NCBI GenBank assembly: GCA_041746575.1
Contig: JBGTGT010000065.1
Span: 1 to 14,104 of the forward strand
DNA length: 14,104 nt
Source: Microcystaceae cyanobacterium
Lineage (GTDB): Bacteria > Cyanobacteriota > Cyanobacteriia > Cyanobacteriales > Microcystaceae
Direction of reading: 5' to 3'
Below are positions 6,616-14,104 of this stretch, one piece after another. The translations under genes were made by a program, and so were the position numbers. A model generated the notes under the pieces. It saw only the letters and a list, made by a program, of their open reading frames with translations. It made no database searches and was not told the origin of the DNA. Each line of letters opens with the position of its first letter. The first letter of the stretch is position 1.

Positions 6616-7611
6616 AAATTTTTGATTAGATGGGTAAGCTAAATAAGCCATACGTTTCAATTCTTTTCGGCCTCGTGCGACGGAATCTAAAATGAGTCCA
6701 CAAGTGAAACTGAGGAAAGCTAAAAGCATAATAGAAGCAGACAACATGGCAGTCGGAAAGCGAGGAACTAAACCTGTTTTCAAGTAAGTCGCTAGTAAGG
6801 GTAAACCCAGACCTAAAGAAAGACTGGCTAAAATGAAAGAGACAATACTAAAGAACAGAAAAGGTTTAACTTCTTTAAATAATAAAATAGAGGTTCCCAG
6901 AACGCGCCATCCATCCGAAAACGTTCTTAGTTTACTTTCTGAGCCATCAGGTCGTTCGCCGTACAAGGTTGGTTCTTCTGCGAAAGGTATCTTTAATTCT
7001 AGTGCATGAACGGTTAGCTCTGTTTCAATTTCAAAACCACTTGATAAAGCAGGAAAAGACTTGACAAAACGTTTAGAAAACACCCGATATCCTGATAACA
7101 TATCTTTGAGTTTTGCCCCAAATAACAACTTAACCACACTGGTTAAAAATAAGTTACCAAATTGATGGCCAGGGCGATAGGCTTTAGTGGCATGAGAAGC
7201 AATACGGCGAACCCCAACCACCATATCTAATCGTTCTTGTAACAAACGTTGAATTAAGCGGGACACTGCGCTAGGTTCGTAAGTATTATCGCCATCAATA
7301 AGTATATAAATATCTGCCTCAATATCGGCAAACATTCGACGGACAACATTTCCTTTACCCGGTTGAAATTCATGACAAACAATTGCCCCTGCTAATTGAG
7401 CTTTTTCTGCAGTATCGTCGCTGGAGCGATTATCATAAACGTAGATTTTAGCGTGGGATAATTCGGTCTGAAAATCTTGGACAACCTGAGCGATGGTTAA
7501 ACTTTCATTACGGCAGGGAACAATGACCGCAATTTCGTAATGATGAAGATGAAGGGCAATATTTGAGCCAGTCTTAAGGGTATCTAACATAAATAAGGAT
7601 TGAAAATACAA
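6604..7611 (-). CDS. GT2 glycosyltransferase (DPM1/polyprenol-phosphate type)
   Basis: IAVIVPCRNE, YDNRSSD, GKGNVVR, IDGDNTY, DMLSGYR, GFEIETE, and two C-terminal TM helices. The start may be a downstream Met. Confidence 0.93.
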   Translation of the reverse strand: MYFQSLFMLDTLKTGSNIALHLHHYEIAVIVPCRNESLTIAQVVQDFQTELSHAKIYVYDNRSSDDTAEKAQLAGAIVCHEFQPGKGNVVRRMFADIEADIYILIDGDNTYEPSAVSRLIQRLLQERLDMVVGVRRIASHATKAYRPGHQFGNLFLTSVVKLLFGAKLKDMLSGYRVFSKRFVKSFPALSSGFEIETELTVHALELKIPFAEEPTLYGERPDGSESKLRTFSDGWRVLGTSILLFKEVKPFLFFSIVSFILASLSLGLGLPLLATYLKTGLVPRFPTAMLSASIMLLAFLSFTCGLILDSVARGRKELKRMAYLAYPSNQKFLKH

Positions 7612-7614
7612 TGT

Positions 7615-8766
7615 TTAAGGTTGAACAGGGGTTTTAAGTTGTTCTTGTTGAATTTCTTGAACCCATTGAGCGTCTTTAGCATTATTGCGTCGCCAAAGTT
7701 TCCCTTTTTGACGAATCGATAACAATGTTTGTTCAATATTATCTGGCGTTAATAAAACACCAAAATCGGAAGGCACGGGGACATCATTAAGATTAAAAAT
7801 ACGAGCAAGAACAAGCCTTCCCGTCTGGGGCGTATAATGATGGTTATCAATATAGTTGATCATCTTATTACTGACCGGCTCTTGAGTAATTGAATTATAT
7901 CCCGAAAAATCCCAGATAGTAGGTTTAATTTTTACTAATTCTCGCTTCCACTGTTCAAAATCGTCCCACAAATTGCGCAGATGAAGCATTTCGTTGTGGG
8001 TGGCGTGGGTAGGAGAAATGAAAAGATATAACTCAATATTATTTTGCTCACACAATTCTACAATTTTTTTGAGATTATTTAACTTCTCAGAGGAAAGAGC
8101 ATAATCTTTAAACCAACTTTCTGTTTGTCCTAGAAATGTAGATAACCAAGAATGGAATTTCTCGCGGGTTGTTTGTCTTTCGGGATACTCAGCGTATTGT
8201 AAATTATATTTGAGAGTTTCATAACTCGATTCAGTTGCATCTAAAGAAACAGAAGCACTCATTAAGTCAGTGATAGGAAAAGGATTGTTCTTTCTCTCCT
8301 CCCAAAAAGAAATATGCTCTTTGAGAGCTGCAGTGGTTGTAAACATATAAAAATCTAGTCCAAGAATGACTCGTTTTAAATGATGATTTTTATCCTGTTT
8401 AATGGTATGTTCTAATTGTAATCTAATTTCATCTATATGAGCGGCGTGTAGTCCCCCATTGTAAGCCTCTTTAAAAGGGGGTAAGTTCATTTGATCAATG
8501 TCCATTCCCTCAATCATTCTAGAAGAGCCGAGAAAAATCGTAGAAGGAGTATGATGGCTTAAATAAATATACTTTGAGAGACGACCATGGGTAAACAATT
8601 CTGGCTTTAGCCGGTTGAAACGGACAATTTGTGGCGTTAAAAAAATGTCATAAGGATCAACCAGTATATTAATTAAACCAACCAATCCCAACCCACTTAA
8701 TGTAGAACAAAAAATGCCTAAAATAAATCGTTTATAGCTATCACTTTCCTGCTTTTTTTTCATCAT
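7615..8766 (-). CDS. Membrane-anchored SGNH-like protein, probable extracytoplasmic partner of the MBOAT acyltransferase
   Basis: N-terminal TM helix followed by DPY. IFLGSSR is a block I Ser candidate and YIDNHHY a DxxH candidate. It lies 7 nt downstream of the MBOAT gene. Confidence 0.65.
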   Translation of the reverse strand: MMKKKQESDSYKRFILGIFCSTLSGLGLVGLINILVDPYDIFLTPQIVRFNRLKPELFTHGRLSKYIYLSHHTPSTIFLGSSRMIEGMDIDQMNLPPFKEAYNGGLHAAHIDEIRLQLEHTIKQDKNHHLKRVILGLDFYMFTTTAALKEHISFWEERKNNPFPITDLMSASVSLDATESSYETLKYNLQYAEYPERQTTREKFHSWLSTFLGQTESWFKDYALSSEKLNNLKKIVELCEQNNIELYLFISPTHATHNEMLHLRNLWDDFEQWKRELVKIKPTIWDFSGYNSITQEPVSNKMINYIDNHHYTPQTGRLVLARIFNLNDVPVPSDFGVLLTPDNIEQTLLSIRQKGKLWRRNNAKDAQWVQEIQQEQLKTPVQP

Positions 8767-8773
8767 TTTTTAT

Positions 8774-10288
8774 TTAAAATTGGAAATACAAAAATTCAGA
8801 AACTTTGTTAAGAGAAAGCAAGGAAAAACTAGCCATTAGACCAATGCCAATTGCCCACCACCAAGTCGGTTTAAGCTTGGTTACTATTTGCTGACTATTT
8901 GGCAAGGTTAGGGTACATAAAGTCAGTAGCATTAAGCCAAAAATAGCGATAGATTTTTGGTTAAATAAAGTGGGTAGATAGGGAAATTCGGTCCAAGTTT
9001 TAAGGTTGATACCCAACGCAGTCAGCACAGATAGCTTTCCATTAGGATTTCCCACCGGCAGAATAATCCCTTCCATTCCTAGCATTGTTTTAATGATATC
9101 AAATGCTTCGCTGAAGCGACTGGCTCTAAATAAAACCCAACTCAAAAGTACGGCCAAAAAAGTAATCAGCCATGCTAAAAATTTGGGTAAAGGCATCTTT
9201 AATTTGCGCCAAGCATGATGAATAGATAAAAATAAACCATGTAAGCCACCCCAAATTACATAAGTCCAACCTGCGCCATGCCATAATCCTCCTAATAACA
9301 TCGTTATAAGTAAGTTAAGATAGCGACGAAACTCTCCTTGACGACTTCCCCCTAAGGGGATGTATAGGTAGTCTCTCAAAAAGTTAGATAGAGTGATATG
9401 CCAGCGTCGCCAAAAATCACTGATAGAAGTGGCCTTATAAGGGGAATCAAAGTTAATAGGGAGCTTAATATTAAACATTAAGCCTAACCCAATAGCCATG
9501 TCAGAATAGCCCGAAAAATCAAAGTAAAGCTGTAATGTGTAACTGAGTGCGCCCACCCAAGCTTCGGTAAAGTTTAAGGATTCTGCATTATTAAAAGCTA
9601 AGGCAACCCAAGGAGAAATGGTGTCGGCGATTAAGACTTTTTTCGATAAACCAATGATAAATGTAGCTAATCCTAAGGCAAAATTTTTGTGATTAAAAAT
9701 AAAATTTCGTAAGTTATAAAATTGGGGAATGAGTTCGTCATGTCGCAAAATAGGACCGGCAATTAATTGAGGAAAAAAGGTTACAAATAAGCTATAGGTT
9801 AGAAGATCATAGGATTTATTTTTGGTTTCGCCTCGGTAAGCATCTACAAGATAAGCAATTTGGGTAAAGGTATAAAAAGAAATTCCAAGCGGTAAGACAA
9901 TTTGGCCAAGAGATAAGGTTATTCCTGTTAATCCTTGTAGAGAAGATAGAAAGAAGTTTGCATATTTGTAGTAGCCAATTAATAATAAGTTTAAACTCGT
10001 ACCAATCAATAATAATGTTTTTGCTTTTTTACTTTTTAATTTACATTCAGTAATCCATTGTCCTATTTGATGATTCATGACCACAGACAGAACAATAAGA
10101 ATAAAATAATGAGGCGTTGGCGTTTGTCCTTCTGGCGGAAAAAAATTCCAATAACTGTAGAACACAAAGGAGGCAATGGTTAACCAAATAACAGACGCTT
10201 GGATAAAACGAAAGCGAGTTAAACTAAAGAAACCTACCAAAGTGATGGGTAGGAAAAGAAAAATAAAAATGTATGAGTTAAATAACAT
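8774..10288 (-). CDS. MBOAT-family O-acyltransferase (AlgI/DltB/PatA-like)
   Basis: MLFNSY.F, LPLGISFYTF, FPQLIAGPI, YFDFSGYSDMAIG, FWRRWHITLS, GGLWHGAGW (catalytic His), terminal FLYFQF. Confidence 0.95.
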   Translation of the reverse strand: MLFNSYIFIFLFLPITLVGFFSLTRFRFIQASVIWLTIASFVFYSYWNFFPPEGQTPTPHYFILIVLSVVMNHQIGQWITECKLKSKKAKTLLLIGTSLNLLLIGYYKYANFFLSSLQGLTGITLSLGQIVLPLGISFYTFTQIAYLVDAYRGETKNKSYDLLTYSLFVTFFPQLIAGPILRHDELIPQFYNLRNFIFNHKNFALGLATFIIGLSKKVLIADTISPWVALAFNNAESLNFTEAWVGALSYTLQLYFDFSGYSDMAIGLGLMFNIKLPINFDSPYKATSISDFWRRWHITLSNFLRDYLYIPLGGSRQGEFRRYLNLLITMLLGGLWHGAGWTYVIWGGLHGLFLSIHHAWRKLKMPLPKFLAWLITFLAVLLSWVLFRASRFSEAFDIIKTMLGMEGIILPVGNPNGKLSVLTALGINLKTWTEFPYLPTLFNQKSIAIFGLMLLTLCTLTLPNSQQIVTKLKPTWWWAIGIGLMASFSLLSLNKVSEFLYFQF

Positions 10289-10546
10289 TTTTGGGGTCAG
10301 AAAATCGGTTAAAAGTAACAGTTAATGGAGGATAACGGGGAAAGCTTAACGACGGAAAGGACGTTCGATAACGAGATATAAATTTTTGTTAGGTTTTGTT
10401 AACTCCCAACGATACCATATTTTGCTCAAATTGCCTAGGGTTAGCGTTCGTTCAAATTGAATCATGAATTAGTAGAGACAAGAATTCAGAAGTCAGTAGC
10501 AGTATAAACTCTATTTTTGTCTTAAAAATAATAAATCGGACTTATT

Positions 10547-11239
10547 TTAACGCTTAGGGTAGCGACGCTGACGTTGGGATGAAGGACGGTTTGTTTGTCT
10601 GCCGCTTAATTCGTCACTGACTTCCAGAAAAATGTCCCGTCTGAGACAGGGATATTCCCCTATCCATAAGTTAAGTTGAGGGAGATAAACGTCGCTAATT
10701 TTCTCAATCCGGCTTAAATCGGTTTTTTTAGAGAAAACCATCATTTCTGCTGGACTTCCCCGTCTTATTTCTTTATAAATACGCTGAATCGGCGATTGTA
10801 CCCTTGCCCGAAAACCATTTTTATCACCTATTTCAACATTAATACGTCGTTCTCGATTTTCAGTAATCACTAATTCTCCCTTTTTATTGACGCTTTCTTC
10901 TTCGTTTAACACTTCTTCTGTGATGTAAACGTCCAATACATTACCTCGCCAAAATCCACTGTAAGGCAATCTACGATACCGATTATTACGAATACTGGCT
11001 AAATAAACAGGACACCACAACCAATATAAACCGGCAATTGCATCAAAAATTAATTTAATCGATTCTCCTCCGCTTCCTAAGAATTTACCAATTAACCATG
11101 TAATCGTGAGGGCAACGAAGGAAACCAACAATCTACGCAAAAAATCCTGCCATTTTCCCCAATAATACTTGTACTGTGTCCCTGTGGCAATAAGAGGGAC
11201 AAGTCGTTCAAAGGTTTCACGGGTAAGGGGCATCAGCAT
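10547..11239 (-). CDS. Cyanobacterial membrane protein of unknown function
   Basis: 230-aa ORF with two N-terminal hydrophobic segments. The MLMPLTR..FE.L.P.IATG.QY.YYWG N-terminus is recalled from a conserved cyanobacterial family. Confidence 0.8.
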   Translation of the reverse strand: MLMPLTRETFERLVPLIATGTQYKYYWGKWQDFLRRLLVSFVALTITWLIGKFLGSGGESIKLIFDAIAGLYWLWCPVYLASIRNNRYRRLPYSGFWRGNVLDVYITEEVLNEEESVNKKGELVITENRERRINVEIGDKNGFRARVQSPIQRIYKEIRRGSPAEMMVFSKKTDLSRIEKISDVYLPQLNLWIGEYPCLRRDIFLEVSDELSGRQTNRPSSQRQRRYPKR

Positions 11240-11242
11240 GAA

Positions 11243-11278
11243 CAGTCACCAGTAACCAGTCAATAGTTTAGCAGTTAC
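11243..11278. repeat. Degenerate heptamer tandem repeat (STRR-like)
   Basis: CAGTCAC CAGTAAC CAGTCAA (TAGTTTAG) CAGTTAC. Confidence 0.55.
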
Positions 11279-11511
11279 CCGTCGCCCTCGGTATCGTAAG
11301 TCTCTTTCGGCGTTGTTCTAAAAAGGGGTAACACTCACAATTCTACTGGAATCATCATTCAAAGCGTCTTGATTTACGCTCAATATTTTAAGCGAAACCC
11401 TAAAAACTCACTCTAAAACCAGTGTCCTCTTCAATACACCCGATCAACTTCGTACCCCTTCTCCCATCTGACGCTATGATTAATCGGGATCATCTCTTAA
11501 CCTAAACTATC

Positions 11512-13026
11512 ATGAATCATGCCAAAGTAGCGATCGCAGCCAGTTCTTCTCTATCAGCAGAAGCGGGGGCAAAAATCGCTAAAATGGGCGGCAATGCCGT
11601 CGATGCGGCTATCACTACTACAATTGTCTCGATGTGTACCGATATCGGGGTAATGGCACCGGGAGGTAGTGGATTCATTACGTTAACAACGCCTCAGCAA
11701 GATCCTATCACGATTGATGCTTATGCGGCGATGCCGGGTTTAGGCGTCGAAACCCTCCCTCCTCAAGATCCCGTGATCACCTTTGATTATGGTGGCTTGA
11801 CACAAACCCATATTGGTTATAAGTCTATTGCGGTGCCGGGGATTTGGCGAGGGTTAGCTCTAGCAAGTGAACGATATGGTCAACTTTCGTGGTCAGATTT
11901 ATTGATTCCTGCTCAAGAGGCGGTAAAATACGGATTCAATCTGCTACATGGAGGGGCAGAATACTTAAAGTATAGCCATGACGTGATTTTTGGCTGGCAT
12001 CCTCAAAGTAACGCTGTTATTCATCACGAAGACAAAAAACCAAAAAGTAAGGGAGAAATCATTAATATCCCCGATTTAGCCGAAAGTTTGGCAATTATTG
12101 CTCGTGATGGCGTTGATGCCTTTTATCAAGGAGAAATCGCTCAAAAAATAGTGCAGGAAATTCAAAGAAATCAAGGAATTCTTAACGCCTTAGATTTAGC
12201 TTCTTATCAAGCAATAATACGAGAATCTATTGATCTTCAGTTGCAAGAATGGCACATTTTCACGAACCCTGCGCCAGCGATTGGAGGGGCTTGTTTAGCG
12301 GCTTTATTATTATTATTAGATAATCAAACATGGGTGTCAAAAGATATCTGTACAAATCTGATTAAAATTCAAGATGCTGTTTTAAATTATCGAGCCAATA
12401 ACCTCCAAGAGAACAATGAATTGATGCTCAAGTCTAAGATAAAAACCTTACTCAATCTTGCAACTCAAGGAAACCTAAAATCCCCTTCTACGATTCATAC
12501 TTCTGCGGTAGATATTAATGGAATTGCTTGCTCAATTAGTGCCTCTGCCGGATATGGCTCAGGGGTAATGATTGAAGGCACGGGTTTATGGTTGAATAAT
12601 AGTTTAGGAGAAATTGAACTTCACCCTAATACAGAGACTTCTTTAATGTCAGGTACTCGCTTAATTTCTAATATGGCACCGACAATTGCTAAAAAAGAAG
12701 ACGGTGATTTACTGGCAATTGGTTCACCCGGTGCCTCTCGCATTACAACAGCTATCTCTCAAGTTTTATACTATTTTATTCAGCAAGGAATGCCTTTAGA
12801 AGAAGCAATTTCTCATCCTCGTCTTCATGTCGAAAAGTTTCACAATTGTTCTATAGTCTCCTATGAAGAAGATTTATCAGTTCATTTAGAGAATCATTAT
12901 CAAACCCGTTTATTTCCCGCTTTATCAATGTATTTTGGCGGCGTACAAGCGGCTTACTATCACCCTCAAGAGGGACTTTTAGCAGTCGCGGATTTAAGAA
13001 GAGAAGGGGGAATTGCCTACGCTTAA
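11512..13026 (+). CDS. ggt: Gamma-glutamyltransferase family (Ntn-hydrolase) protein
   Basis: GGNAVDAAI, SIAVPG, FYQGEIA, DLASY, STIHTSAVD (nucleophile Thr), G.WLNN, SNMAPT, GSPGASRI, AISHPRLH, AD.RREG. Confidence 0.9.
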   Translation: MNHAKVAIAASSSLSAEAGAKIAKMGGNAVDAAITTTIVSMCTDIGVMAPGGSGFITLTTPQQDPITIDAYAAMPGLGVETLPPQDPVITFDYGGLTQTHIGYKSIAVPGIWRGLALASERYGQLSWSDLLIPAQEAVKYGFNLLHGGAEYLKYSHDVIFGWHPQSNAVIHHEDKKPKSKGEIINIPDLAESLAIIARDGVDAFYQGEIAQKIVQEIQRNQGILNALDLASYQAIIRESIDLQLQEWHIFTNPAPAIGGACLAALLLLLDNQTWVSKDICTNLIKIQDAVLNYRANNLQENNELMLKSKIKTLLNLATQGNLKSPSTIHTSAVDINGIACSISASAGYGSGVMIEGTGLWLNNSLGEIELHPNTETSLMSGTRLISNMAPTIAKKEDGDLLAIGSPGASRITTAISQVLYYFIQQGMPLEEAISHPRLHVEKFHNCSIVSYEEDLSVHLENHYQTRLFPALSMYFGGVQAAYYHPQEGLLAVADLRREGGIAYA

Positions 13027-13140
13027 CCTTTGAATCAAGGGAGAAGCTAGAAGGGGTGAGGTTTCATTCCCTGTAAACGGACAGACTTTAACAATAGCAG
13101 TTATCTTATAGATGAGATGTCTATTTTGAACTCATATATA

Positions 13141-13969
13141 TTAAGTTGCAAACTGCCGTGATAATTGACGAACAAAGTCCTTATCTTTAATTAGTAGTTC
13201 GTCAAACATTGAACCCTCAATCGCTAAAATATAACAGCCAGAGGATGCTGTAATTAGTGTTTGAGAAGGAATTTTTTCTAAAATATCTAAGTAATTAAGA
13301 AGCGTCACAGGCGACAATATATTTTGTCCTTTTTCTCTGTGTTGTAAGTGAACTTTTCTCTTGACCAGTAATAACAAATCTGCGTTCCATTCCCCTTGCT
13401 TGATAATAACATCAAATGCCTCGTACTTTTTTCCTTGTGTTTGATAAGCAAGATGGATTAAGCTTTCCGTTTTAAGGGAACGAAATCATTGACATTCCGA
13501 TAGATACAGAATCTTCTCTAAAGTACTTAATTCTATTGAAGGATTGGCAATAATGAGTTGCTTTGCTGTTTCCTTAACAAGAGGATTTAAGGTTAAATAA
13601 GCATCTAGCATTTGTTGTGCTTGTTGTTGAGCAAAAGGTAAATCCAAGTGTGATAATAAATATAAACTTATTGCTTTCGTTAAAGAATCAGGTTCACTTA
13701 ATAAAGCCTGTAATTGTTCTCTGACGTGTTCAAGAGAAAAAGAGGTTTCAGGATGAATTTGGGTAGCTTGATATTCCATGCGAGAAATTAAGATTTCATC
13801 CAGACGATTAGTCCAATTTTGAGGGCTATCTTGCAGTAACTTAGGAATGATTGAAGGTGCGAAACTTGCCACTGCTAACCCTAAATACGTTGCATCACTG
13901 CCATTCGGAAGTTGTTCTAAAATCTCGAAAATTCCCTTACCTAATAATTGTTGTTTTCGTTCAATATAA
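13141..13969 (-). pseudogene. C-terminal remnant of a helical-repeat (HEAT-like) plus cyclic-nucleotide-binding domain protein, IS-interrupted and with an in-frame stop
   Basis: ORFs 13486..13983 and 13141..13377 share one frame: ...LSTLEKILYLSECQ*FRSLKTESLIHLAYQTQGKKYEAFDVIIKQGEWNADLLLLVKRKV..., a cNMP-domain pattern. The 5' side abuts the IS701 end. Confidence 0.8.
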
Positions 13970-14104
13970 CCCTCTTCTGTCACTCTCCGAAAATCAAAGT
14001 AAAATAAAGAGAGCTACAAACGGCTAGAAAGCAGAGGGGACAATGGATATAGAATTACAAATTCTCAAACATTTGGCTAGAGATGCACAACCAACAGTAT
14101 CAGT
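13970..14104 (+). mobile_element. Left end of an IS701-family insertion sequence
   Basis: CCCTCTTCTGTCACT at 13970-13984, preceded by ATAA, resembles cyanobacterial IS701-type termini (recall). A transposase start follows at 14043. Confidence 0.75.
14043..14104 (+). CDS. IS701-family transposase, N-terminus (runs off the window)
   Basis: GAGGGGA RBS, then MDIELQILKHLARDAQPTVS..., matching the cyanobacterial IS701 transposase N-terminus as I recall it. Confidence 0.8.
   Translation, partial: MDIELQILKHLARDAQPTVS

Noticed and set aside
9006..9218. 70-aa plus-strand ORF
   Set aside because: Antisense shadow inside the MBOAT gene.
4059..11537. HIP1 sites at 4059-4066, 5265-5272 and 11530-11537 as special elements
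   Set aside because: Intragenic HIP1 is ordinary in cyanobacteria and is useful only as a taxonomic clue.
13052..13072. Hairpin between the convergent ggt and cNMP pseudogene
   Set aside because: Imperfect, bulged stem without a clear U-tract; too weak to call as a terminator.
13486..13488. Selenocysteine or programmed read-through at the in-frame TGA
   Set aside because: No redox motif or evident SECIS, and the gene is also IS-disrupted, so a nonsense mutation is simpler.

Overview
AT-rich cyanobacterial DNA (HIP1 GCGATCGC octamers, Tab2, XisH/XisI, cyanobacterial-type IS ends), bounded by IS ends: an IS4-like right end at ~1-139 and an IS701-family left end from 13970. Bases ~140-2660 form a decaying accessory array: an IS-truncated, frameshifted membrane-protein gene, a Phd/YefM-RelE toxin-antitoxin pair, a broken ParD-ParE pair, xisH (nonsense) and xisI, ending in an orphan copy of the alaS 3' end. 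Two modules are followed, starting at their stop codon, by a related ~65-90 bp element (HIP1 or HIP1-like octamer + GTAG REP-like part + TTAATTAA). This cassette-like layout is the most interesting signal. The rest holds tRNA-Val(GAC), a short DprA-like protein, Tab2, a surface-glycan modification cluster (two GT2 glycosyltransferases, SAM methyltransferase, SGNH-like protein, MBOAT acyltransferase), a membrane protein, a divergent gamma-glutamyltransferase, and a HEAT/cNMP pseudogene cut by IS701. Family calls come from motif recognition only; no searches were run.
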